A stretch of DNA of 64,000 nt, from assembly GCF_009914755.1 (NCBI RefSeq), contig NC_060936.1, one strand, 5' to 3'. The notes beneath the pieces are model-generated. The model had not been told where the DNA came from and made no database searches. It was given only the letters and a program-made list of their open reading frames with translations. The translations under genes were made by a program, and so were the position numbers. Origin of the DNA: the human T2T-CHM13v2.0 reference genome, Homo sapiens. This document shows, in pieces, positions 53,361 to 64,000 of the stretch; the stretch's first letter is position 1, and every line of letters begins with the position of its first letter.

Positions 53361-54420
53361 CAAGGGTCGGCTGTTGCTCTCCCTCGCCCGGGCGCCTGCA
53401 GCAGTCTGGGTGGGCGGGGGCGCCATGACAAAGTGAAGGTCAAGTTAGCATCGTACCTTATAAGGAAGGCGCCGGTCCTCCATTTCAGCCTTTTCTCTGC
53501 CAGGACGCGGCCGTGGCATTTCTGGTCTTGTAAACATCAGACTCTTTGGGGCCTTAAAAAAATAAAGACGCCCCTCCTTCCTTTACCGGGGGTGAGCCGG
53601 CCGGGGAAAGCGGCGGACAGGGAAATCAACTAATGAAGACTCCGGGAAACTTTTCTCTCTTTTTCTCTCTCTGGCTCCGCTCCCCGCCAGCTGGGGACCC
53701 TTCCCTCCCTCCTTCCTCCCCCTCCCTTCCCCCGCCTCTCTTTTTCTCTATCTCCCAGTCTTCTGTACCTCTCGCCGCCGTCTGTAACTCTGGGCTCCCT
53801 CTCTCCACTCCCCACTCCCCTACTGCAGGCTTCTAAATCCGTTCCATTCCACTGCGAAGCGGAGCAGGACCTAAGAATTGGAGAGAAAATTAAACGTCAT
53901 AAAGAAAAGTTCATTTACAGCTTAAATGTCTGAATGTTACAGTTTCCTTCAGAAAACAAGGCGGTACACTCGGTAAGGAGAAGTGAGGCAGCAGGGGTGG
54001 GGAGGGCTGGTGCGGTAGGAGGCTTGGTTTTATTTCTTTCTCAGATCCAGAGGCGGAAAGAAAGGGGGAGAAGCAGGAAAGTGCGACAGAAGCGTTTTAC
54101 CCGGGCAGCTAGCAAAGAAAGATGCTGCAGTCGGTGGGACTGGAAGCAAAGCGCATAAGGGCCCAGTGCGGGGGCAGCGATCCCCGAGCGCTGAGCTGGC
54201 TGCGCTGAGGCCTGGCGTGCGGAGAAACAAATATATTGGATATTTGCTGGTCTAGGGGAGGGGTGAGGCAAGAATGGAGGGAGACAGGGAGACCGGGAGC
54301 GTAAGGCAGCGCCGCAGCCGGCCGGCGAGACCGAAAGAGCCCCGTATCCGCCGCGACAGCCTTTGGCGGTGGGCAGTGGGCAGGCTCAGCTCGAAGGCTC
54401 AGGGAGGAAGGATCCCGAAC
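53350..54420. promoter_or_regulatory. CpG-rich region over HOTAIR exons 3-4 and intron 2
   Basis: Elevated CpG density. GTCATAAA homeodomain motif at 53896-53903. Confidence 0.6.
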
Positions 54421-57400
54421 TGAGATCCTTGATCCTTTTCCTCCAGGGTAGCACTGGGGATGAACAGAGAGAAAGAAGGAGAGGAAAATAATTGGTGTGG
54501 GGATATCTGCGGAGGACTTACCTTTTTCCTGGACCTCACAGCTCGTTTTCGCCTCCTCTGGGCTCATGGAGACATTTTAAGGCCTAATCATTGCTTTTTA
54601 AATTGAAATTCTAATGGCAAGGGAAGGGAAGGATGCACAGAAAACAATGATGGGGAATTCTGGTTCAATCTGATGCTCCAAAAGCCTCTAATTGTTGTCA
54701 CCTCCACCCTCCTCAACTGGAAAAATGGCCTCTGGGATCTGCCCCCACCTCCCACTTTACCTTTCTGATTGAGAGCACCTCCGGGATATTAGGGACCTGA
54801 GGGTCTAAGTCCCGGGTGGGAGCCGCCAGGAGCAGGGGTGTTGGTCTGTGGAACTCCCAGGCCTCAGTGCCTGGTGCTCTCTTACCCTGTGTTTTCATCA
54901 TAAAAAACAAAGGAAGAGGATTTGATTATTTCTGGTGATGTTAAATGATCCTGGCTTTCAAAGCAGCTCTGACCCCAAGATCTAAGGTGATAAGTGTCTC
55001 TGCCATAGACGTTTAATCTGGGCAAAGTGCCACTTATGTTACAAAATGCCTGGGCTCAACGGGCTGGAGGGGTAGCCGGGAAGCCCCAGGGAGGGAACAG
55101 CAGGCTCTCTTTGGCAGTATCTAGAGTTCGGTGGATAGTATTTTAAACAGTTGAAATGGACTGGGGAGGCCCTTTCTTATGTCCCCTCAGTCTGGGAAGG
55201 GGAGCTCCAGTTAGTGAGGTGGTTTATGAGCTGGACGCTTCCCCCTAGTGTGGGAAAGATAGAGATAGCCAGACCTCACCCTACAAAAATGTGCTTCATG
55301 TCTGTGACATAAAATTGGCAGGCACTTTGGAGATTTAGGGACTTGCAGAGAGTGGGGCAGGGCCAGACAACCTGGTGAAAGCAGAGGCTGAGGTGTGATT
55401 CAGGGTGGGTGGGGGTATCTGAGGGAGTAAGCCTGGGAAGGTATCACCCAAAACCATTTCCTGAGAGAAGCCAAATACACACAATGCACTCCAATATTGA
55501 AAAACACCAGATGATCTGCTTGGAAGGGATATAAACAGGCCAAGCGGATGCAAGTTAATAAAACCTGAAAAAGCCCAGGCAGGAACACTTAAAATGCCCC
55601 AGAAACAAAGCATACCATGACAAATTCTCACCCAACACACAAGTACACGCACCGGAATGTTCCCCAACACAGAGAAAAAGAGACTTCCCTACCTTGGGCC
55701 TCCACTCGTGAACACTCAGGCGTACCTGCCCAGCTCCAAGAGTGTACACAAATGTGTGCACTCTCATAAAATGACCCAAAGAAACCCCTGGGGCCTGCGG
55801 GCAGGCACCGGCTGCACAAACACCCCACAGAGCCAGCCCCATGTCTCCTGAGCCTCGCTAATGCACGATCCATACCCGGAGATAAAAGTCTAGACAATAG
55901 ATGGCTGTTTATGACAACGAGGCTCTCCAAGTTTGGGGCCAGGCGATAAATCTCTGGCGAATCTTCCTGTAACTCAACTTCTGACTGTAGTGAGGAGAAA
56001 ACCACTGAGCCCGCCGAAAGGAAAGCAGCAAAATGGGGGAGACTTGTAAATCCTGAGCAGAAGGCACTTTCCTTGCTGGGGCAAGGAGGCATAGGCCACA
56101 ACACTCACCCCACGGAGCAGTCCTCACTGTGGAAGCTTTCGGATCAAGCTCCAGAGCACAGGCGAGTCAGAGTTCCCCACTGCCTGCCTAGGCTTCCAGG
56201 TTCCGGAAATCAGGGCAGAATGTGCAGGCAGAAGGCAGGGCCTGGAGGCTGGAACAGATCCCAAACAAATGATTCTTGCTGGGGGCAAAAGATTTTTTTT
56301 TGTTTTTGTTTTTGGTGACTGGAATCTTTTTGCTTTGTGTCACCTGAAGTTTTTCACCCCATGCCTTCCCACCCCTCTCTTTTCTTTTTCCTTTTGGATT
56401 GATTAGCTGTTTGTTCCCTTTTGCATTTTCGACCCAGGCATCTGATCACTAATAAAGAGTTGCTGAAGTTGATCTCATAAAAATGCCGCGAGCTCACTTT
56501 GATCAGGAGGACTAGGTCCGAGCCTTAATGTAGGAGCTAAAGCCAGAGAATCAGGGCTCCGGCCAACCCGCCTCTGCTCTGTGGTGAGGCGGGAGATCTG
56601 GGTGGCCCAACAGGGCAATCCCACCCAGAAAAGGTATTTTCTGTGCCACTACAACTGGCTTAGGAAACTGAAGCCCAATAGCAGCGGCTCCATTTCCAGC
56701 CTGCTTTTAAGACATTTCCTTCATTTTGGAGCATTTGGTGAGGGGGCCAGTGAAACCGGCTCGTAAAATAGGGCTTTTATGGGAAGAAATAGGGTCGGGT
56801 TGCTAGCATCCTGGGACAATCTCTCCACAGAGGAAGCTGGGTGGGGCCTGTGGGGGCAAAGGAGCTGTCCTTCTCCCTCCCCACTACCTCCTCCATAGGT
56901 CCCAGGAACCTCTGAGCAGCGTCCACCAGCTTAGGTGGCCTGACTTGGGGACTCAGGCTTGGGGCAATGGCCAAGTCTGAGAAGAGGTGGAAGCCAGGAA
57001 CTAGCAGTCCCACCCGCTTCTTGTTCCCTGGCTGGGGCTGGGGTGTCCCGGGTGCAAGATAAACCACTGACCTGAAAATCCCAAAGCATACTAAAGGGAT
57101 TATTGCAGGCAGTGATATTACTGTAAGGGAGAGAAATATAGGCAAGAAGGTGAAAGCCAATTTCTAATGAAGTCTCCTTGCTGGCCCAGCCTGTGAACAA
57201 ACGAGAGCGTCCATGTGTGGGACTCTCTCCGCTTATCTTTTTATTGACTCCACACAGGCTGAATTTACAATCCAAGCCCACTGGAGCATATGTGGGCCCC
57301 ATTTCTTCTTTCAGCATTTTCCTCCCCAGTTCATGGTCTGTGGGATGGGCTCCTTTCCCTACCACGATCTGCTCTCTAGAACCCAGAGCAGTGGAGGAGG

Positions 57401-60400
57401 TAGACAAGCTAACAGGAGGCCCCAACGCTGTGTGCGGGAGTTTGCTCTGGGAGCCGCCCAGGGTAGAATTTAGGAGACACTGTCCCCTTCTTAAGCTGCC
57501 CCTGTTGTCCGTGTGTTGGAGGGAAGGGTGCTGGAGTCTGCCTTAACTTTGGTCCAGCTACCTGGACAGCTGCCCAGACCGCAGCCGCCTGCTAGCAGCC
57601 AGGCTGGCTGATGGCGCTGACTGAGGACACCAAGAGCCAGTGGGGAGGGCCGGATGGCCCTGCTGCAGAGAATTTCAGGTGAAGGCCAGGACTCAAAGCA
57701 GATGGAGGGGTCACAGGCACCCACCAGATAAGATACAAATAAGCCACCTGGAGCGGGCTTGACAAGGAAGGGATTGGGGGCCAGGGATGGCTCCTGTACA
57801 GGGAGGTATTGATGCTGTGGCCAGAATCCACAGGCTGAGAGGGTGCAGCCTAGGGCAAACATCTCAGCTGAAGCGTCCAGGTAGCCTGGACCCAGGGCTG
57901 GGCAGGGAGGCTACTCCAGACCATGGGCATTTTTGCCAGTAAATGTCTAGCTGACCTCAGTGGCCAGGGCCTTCTTTCCTTGACCGTAGCAGCAACTGAC
58001 AGTTGCTAGAGGTTTTTTGATTTGTTGAAAAACTAAGCCATATCAACACTAGAGAACATTTTAAACTTTATGCCTTACTTTTAAGGGGAGGAATATTACT
58101 TTCCAGAAGTCTCTGTTGGGAGACCCCAGCGTTTCCTAGACATCAACTCTTTGACATTCTTTCTTGCATTTCTTTTTTGTTTCAAGGAAATAGGGCCGCC
58201 AGCAGCTCCTTGTTGCCGCCTGGCTCACTTTTATGGTGGCCCAGGAATAAACTTTGGTGGTCAAATTCAAGTGCTCAGTCCAGCAGCTGTCTCCTCACAG
58301 GATACAGCCCCTACCCCCATCTCAGTCCTGGCTTTGCTGAATCTGCCTTGGGGGATTGGGCCCCACATCACCCTGGAGGGCCAGGAGGGGGAAGGAAGCA
58401 GAGCCTTGGGTGGAAGTGGAGAAAGCGGGATCTGAGACTCGAGCCCTCATCCACACCTCTGCAAGGATAGGGGTACCTCTCGCTTCCCTCTTGCTGGTTC
58501 CTATCACTGTTTGGGCAGCATTTTGCCTTCAATAAACTCGAGTTTAATGAGGTCAGTGTGAACCCCATTAAAAGCCATAGTCCATAGTTCCCCACCACTA
58601 TAATTAAAAATGCTGGCCCCATCTCACTCTATAAAAAGGGCTAGAGGAAAAAGGAAACACAGCAGATTTTTCTTTTCATGGCCCCTTACCAACAGAAGTC
58701 TCACACTTCAGCAAAGCCCCAATCTAGTTCTTCTTTGCTTCAGTTTAAGATCTGACCAGAACTAAAGGAGTAGCGCCCAGCATTGAGTGCGTAGAGGGGC
58801 ACCTGAGACCTATCCCTGAGTATTCCAGAACCACCCTGAGAATGGGACCCATGGTGGAGGCAGACTCCACTCAGGTGTCACTTAAATGCTGAGCAAGTTT
58901 GAGGAGGCAGGAGCATTGAGGAGGAATGGATTTTAGGGGTTACATATGGAGACAAGCTACAATTTTTTGTGTCCTCCTTATCCGGTTTGGGAGCCGCAGC
59001 ACCTTATCATGTTTCATCAAGACAAATCCATTCTAATTTCTTTAAGTGGAAACTAATTTTAACTGAGGGTTATGGATGTAAAGAGAGTTCGGGCTATTTT
59101 TTGTTTTCCCCTGAGTGTGCATTGGGCTGAGCCCTTGGGGGCTTCGGTTCTTCCCCTCCTTCCCAAACAAATTGTGCCCTGGCAGCTCCTCTTTGGATCC
59201 AAGGTTGCTTTCAGCTCATGCTGGTTGCTTTTGGCCCCTTGGACCCAGTCCAGAACCTTTCAATAAAGTGATTTTCAGATGCCCACATGTGTCCTGTGGT
59301 GCTCAGAGGGATAGAAGGCAAGGGGTTGGGGATGCAGAATGACTGAGCCTACTTCTTGGGCTACAGCTATCCAGGAGGCTGACAGACTTGTAGGAGGGCA
59401 GGACAGGGCTGAGAAATAGGAAGGAGGCACTAAGATCTGGTCACAGCCCCAGGGACAGAGGCTGGGGGCTTTGACTAGGGAGTGGCCGCTGGGCCTCCCC
59501 TGATGCCACAGCATCCACCGCTCCTTTCCACTGTCTGGTTAGTCTCTTCTGGAGACCCATACCTGGCCCCACCACCCACCTTACAGTCCTCAAAATCATC
59601 CAAGGATAAGAACCCCAAACCTAGTCCCCCCCACCATATTCTTCCTGGACCCCTACACTAGGCTTCTTTTCAGCGCACTAGCTGAGGCTGAGCCACTAAG
59701 CCAAAGGGCCCTGACATAGAAGATACATGGCTCTCATTCCAATCCTTTTCTTTGGGGTTTGGGATTTGAAAATCCACAGTGGATGTAGCTTTCTTCACAT
59801 TGATTGACAATAAAGGCAGGCATGAAATATTCACCCAGGGCCACTCTCTCATACTAAATATTTAACACAACATTAGAGAAGGTTTTTCCCAGACTTCGCC
59901 AGGCACCGGCTGGGCGGCTGGCGCACTGCTCACCACTCGTTTATGACTAATCTGACTCCCTAGCCAGGGGCAGCACAGCAAGCCAGACAAAGTTGGGACA
60001 CTGGCTTGCAGCTGGGCTGCCTCACCTTTGGGAAACTTCAGATACTCTTCCGGGAGTCTCTCTAAGGACTCCAGAAAGGTAGTCTTGACACCCAGCTCTG
60101 GCCAGGAAAAGAGTGGACTTCTTCAAACTCTTGTGAACAGGCGGTGTCTCTGCGGGTTGGAAGGGTAAGAGTCCCTGAGATTTAAGGGAAAGGATTCACT
60201 TCTCTGGGGAAATCAGGCAGTGGGGAAAGAAGTCCTCACTCCCACCCTCCTGGTGCTGCTCACAGAGAGGAGGCAAGACCCCCATACATGAGAGCCCTCC
60301 TCCTTCCCCCAATCCTGGGGGAAAAAAGAGCAGCAGCTAGAAAAAAATACAATTACCCCTTCCCAGCCACCACCCTCGCCCATCCCACCGCCCACCCCAC

Positions 60401-60469
60401 CCCAACCCTCTCTCTCCTCCTTTGCTCGTGCTGTGGTATGGAGAGAAGGGGAGTGACGAGAGAAAAACG

Positions 60470-60733
60470 AATACAAATCTGCAATTGATTTTCATAATGT
60501 TTCTGCGGTGTTTGCAAACCAATCGCCTGAACGTCCCCGATCTTACCTAAGAGAGAACCCCTCCTACGTCTGCGAAGTGCTCCGAACTGATATATGACAA
60601 TATCTACTTTGGATCACGTGCTCAGAGAGAGAGAGACTAAGACGGATAACGCGTCATCTCGCCTTCCCAAATTTTCCCCCCTCGCTAGACCGGGTCCAAA
60701 ACCTCCATCCGGAGCCGGCAGGAGAGGAGAACG
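60470..60733 (+). promoter_or_regulatory. HOXC11 promoter/5'UTR at the start of a CpG island running to ~63300
   Basis: CCAAT at ~60519, CACGTG 60615-60620, CpG density rising into exon 1. Confidence 0.7.
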
Positions 60734-61415
60734 ATGTTTAACTCGGTCAACCTGGGCAACTTCTGCTCGCCGTCGCGCAAGGAGAGGGGCGCAGATTTCG
60801 GCGAGCGAGGGAGCTGCGCCTCCAACCTCTATCTGCCCAGTTGCACTTACTACATGCCCGAGTTCTCCACGGTCTCCTCCTTCCTGCCCCAGGCCCCCTC
60901 TCGTCAGATCTCCTATCCCTACTCGGCCCAAGTGCCCCCGGTCCGGGAGGTCTCCTACGGCCTGGAGCCATCCGGCAAGTGGCACCATCGGAACAGCTAC
61001 TCCTCCTGCTATGCGGCGGCCGACGAGCTTATGCACCGGGAGTGCCTGCCTCCTTCCACCGTCACCGAGATCCTCATGAAAAACGAAGGCTCCTACGGCG
61101 GCCACCACCACCCCAGCGCCCCGCACGCAACCCCCGCCGGCTTCTACTCCTCAGTCAACAAGAACAGCGTCCTGCCTCAAGCCTTCGACCGTTTCTTCGA
61201 CAACGCCTACTGCGGTGGCGGCGACCCGCCCGCCGAGCCCCCCTGCTCCGGCAAGGGCGAGGCCAAGGGGGAGCCCGAGGCACCCCCGGCCTCGGGACTG
61301 GCGTCCCGGGCTGAGGCGGGTGCCGAGGCGGAGGCTGAGGAGGAGAACACAAATCCCAGCTCGTCCGGTTCAGCCCACTCCGTGGCCAAGGAGCCGGCCA
61401 AAGGAGCCGCCCCCA
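60734..61415 (+). CDS. HOXC11: Homeobox C11, coding exon 1 (682 nt)
   Basis: [63 protein letters not shown] are paralog-11 motifs. Donor CCA|GTAGGT at 61415/61416 keeps frame with the homeobox. Confidence 0.97.
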
Positions 61416-62389
61416 GTAGGTAGCAGCGGCCGGGGAACGGGCGGGCAGCGAGGGAGGGAGCGAGAGAGGGAGGGCGAGAGAAGGGGGGAGGCAAGGGGAG
61501 CGGGGACGGCCTCGTGTTTTGGGTCAGTCCGATTTTATGTGGAGTTTTATAAGCATTCAAAGGATTTTATTATAACCTACAAAGCCCTCTCTCCCAACGA
61601 CTCGACTTTTTACGATGGAGAAGGGGTGGGGAGGGAGGGAAAAGGGCTCTTTGGAAAAGCCGGGTGAACCCCCCTCCCCCGTTATCTCCCTCGGTCTGTG
61701 AAATTTTTAAAAGCGCAACCATTGCGGGCGATATTAACTTTGATCGTGAACTTAGAGGAGCATTTAAGGAAGTATGGGGAGCCGGGCTGCCGAGGAGTGG
61801 GGAGGAGGGGAGGGGTGGAGGGGGAGAAAGGGGAGGGCGAGGGAAAGACAGGGAGAGATCCAGAGAGGGGGAGAGGTGGGGGAGAGGAGCAATGGAGCAG
61901 AACCTGAGACCGGAGAGGCAAGCCAGGACCGCTATGATCCTTCTTAAAACTAGTTTTGAAAATGTTCAAACTATGTGTTCGCGGGTCCTCGAGCAGAAAC
62001 CCAAGCAACTCTGGGGTCAGCGGCGACAGGGGAATGGGGCGAGGCGGCGCAGGACTCCACTGCGTTCCAGGCGGGGGTCTGGGCGTTTCTCCCGGGTCCG
62101 CGGCCTTAGTGCTTGCCTAGAACTGCGGTGTGGAAGGCGCTGCCCCGCGGGCTTCCCGGGGCGCCAGGGCCCCGGAAGCGGCTCTCTGGTGTCTCGGTGC
62201 CTGCTGGCCGGCTTCCTCCCCGCCTCCCGACTGCTCTCGCCAGATTTCACTGCTTCGCGCCTGTTCTCAGCTTTCCCCCCAGATTTCTGGGGGAGGGGTT
62301 GGGCTTTCCGAACCACTAGGAGGGCGGCCCAGGAAGGGCCCGAGGGCGGAGGGGGAGCAGACAGGGGGCCCGAGGGGACGCACGTGTAC

Positions 62390-62448
62390 CTGGAGGGCTT
62401 TCCTTCTGTCCCAGACCCTGTCAGCCGCGGCTCTCGCCTGAGAACTGG
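62390..62448 (-). ncRNA. HOTAIR: Upstream first exon of the long HOTAIR isoform, inside the HOXC11 intron; splices to an acceptor giving exon 56248-56109
   Basis: - strand reads CCAGTTCTCAGGCGAGAGCC...AAGCCCTCCAG|GTACAC. Acceptor TGTTCCAG|CCTCCAGG at 56249/56248. Recalled isoform; the TSS is approximate. Confidence 0.7.
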
Positions 62449-62672
62449 GGACGGGGTGGCGCAGTGGCGGGGGGGTGGGGACCCGCTAGACCTGGCAGGG
62501 GGTCGAGGCTTGCCCGGGTGCTGCGGCTGCAGGAGAGCCAGCCGCCTGGCGGGAGGGCTGCCCGCGGTGGGCTAGGAGAAGGGCCGCTGAGCGCTCAGCG
62601 GGCTGGGGTCGCCCGGGTCTCACGTGTCTCTCTCCCCCCTCTCCTCGCACTTGCCCCCTCCCCTCCCTCCAG

Positions 62673-62905
62673 ACGCCCCCCGCACCCGCAAGAAGCGCTG
62701 CCCTTATTCGAAATTCCAGATCCGGGAACTGGAGCGAGAGTTTTTCTTCAACGTGTATATCAACAAAGAGAAGCGGCTGCAGCTGTCCCGGATGCTGAAC
62801 CTGACGGACCGACAAGTGAAAATTTGGTTTCAGAACAGAAGGATGAAAGAAAAGAAACTGAGCAGAGACCGGCTGCAGTATTTCTCGGGAAATCCTCTGC
62901 TGTAA
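62673..62905 (+). CDS. HOXC11: Homeobox C11, coding exon 2 (homeodomain)
   Basis: Pyrimidine tract plus AG at 62671-62672. Encodes [23 protein letters not shown]...[15 protein letters not shown], stop TAA 62903-62905. 682+233=915 nt = 304 aa. Confidence 0.97.
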
Positions 62906-63902
62906 CCTGCAGACCGGGCCCTTTTGGGGGCGGGGGGAGGGGAAAATTATTTTATTTTATTTTTATTTTTTATTTTCTAACTCGTCTTCTTTCCGCCGGT
63001 GGAAAACTGGACTGTGGCCAGGGCTGGCCCCCACCGCTGTGGCCGGCACTCCATTCCGGAACCTCCTGGACCCTCTATCTGACTCTCGCTGTGGGACAGG
63101 GACCGGGCCTGGAAAGGGGGTGAAGGGAAGTGTCTGATGCACGGCGAGTGAACACCGTTGGCGCCGAGGCCAAGACTTTGATTTAAAAGAAAACACACCT
63201 CGGCGACAATGTCTTGCTGCTCGGATTAGGTGGGGGAGGGGCGACAGTAGTGAGCGCCTGAGCCGAACAATCCTCGAACTAAAAGCCTTCCCTTGCCCAT
63301 GTGAAAAGATCCGCTAAGACAGCATGTCTGCCAGCGGAAACTTCTCGAGCTCCCCCCTCTACCCCGCCCCACCTTGCCCCACTACTTTAGGGGGCAGCTA
63401 AATGTGATCCTGCCTTGCTGTGAAATTTCTGTACCTTCAACCTGGTGTTAGGTGTGCAAAGTCCGTGTCCTACCTCCGTCTTCGCCAAGGCCCCGCCCGA
63501 GCCTAGTTGTTCTCCCCCTGAATGTGTAGAACCTTCCTTTGAAATTTCTTAATCGGTGCATTGAGGTTTCCACATCTTTTTCCAAGCAGTGCCCCACTTC
63601 ATGGATTTATAGCTATAGTCTATGCAGTCGTTACCTCTTTTTTTTTTTTTTTTAAGAAAATTGAAGATTGGGGTGGTGGAGGCAGTAGGGAGATGGGATT
63701 GGGCACCTCCCCCGTGCTGGGGCCTGGATTTTTGTAAATAAATTTCCCAAGCGTTTCTTTCCACCTGGAGGGAAAGGGGGGGACGCCCCCAGTGAGATTC
63801 AAATCACGCATCTCTACTCCTCTGCGTGAGTGCGTGTGTACATGTGCACTCCCCACCCTGCTCCCTTCCCAGAGGGATTGCTGTGAAATTTTTTTGGTGG
63901 CA

Positions 63903-63908
63903 AATAAA
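63903..63908 (+). terminator. HOXC11 polyadenylation signal AATAAA (second copy at 63737-63742)
   Basis: AATAAA about 1 kb after the stop, followed by T-rich sequence. Confidence 0.7.
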
Positions 63909-64000
63909 GATAAATTTCATTCTGTTCAATATTATGATTTTATTTGACCCTTTTATTAACCCCTCTCCTCTTAAAATCCTCCATGCTCCCATGGCAGCGG

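Larger units (their letters stand above)
49800..56223 (-). ncRNA. HOTAIR: HOTAIR lncRNA, 6-exon form. Exons (- strand): 56223-56109, 54886-54761, 53870-53769, 53580-53457, 51772-51720, 51613-~49800
   Basis: Lies between HOXC12 and HOXC11. The reverse complement matches the HOTAIR sequence as I remember it (GACTCGCCTGTGCTCTGGAGCTTGATCC..., GGTAGAAAAAGCAACCACGAAGC...). Every listed junction is GT-AG on the - strand. AATAAA on - at 49818-49823. Confidence 0.93.

Overview
Human (primate) genomic DNA covering the 5' end of the HOXC cluster. About 1-14 kb is transposon-rich flank: Alu/FLAM, old L1, MaLR/ERVL LTRs, an ERVL pol remnant and MIR. The rest is an almost repeat-free, CpG-island-rich cluster. 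It holds three intact two-exon homeobox genes on the + strand: HOXC13 (26429-27164 + 32504-32760, 330 aa), HOXC12 (42420-43029 + 43818-44056, 282 aa) and HOXC11 (60734-61415 + 62673-62905, 304 aa). Two antisense lncRNAs lie on the - strand: HOXC13-AS (~22850-27165) and HOTAIR (~49800-56223, with a longer isoform starting in the HOXC11 intron at ~62448). This is a heavily studied locus and I see no wholly new gene system. The best leads are: a tandem GTAGGTAG donor in HOXC11 that could give an NMD-escaping, homeodomain-less 378-aa isoform; repeated DR0 nuclear-receptor (NR6A1-type) sites; a promoter-like block with a perfect splice donor between HOXC13 and HOXC12; a Met-Ser-stop uORF overlapping the HOXC13 start; and a 140-codon open frame behind the HOXC13 UGA-C stop. 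Repeat subfamilies and transcript ends are recognised by eye or memory and are approximate.
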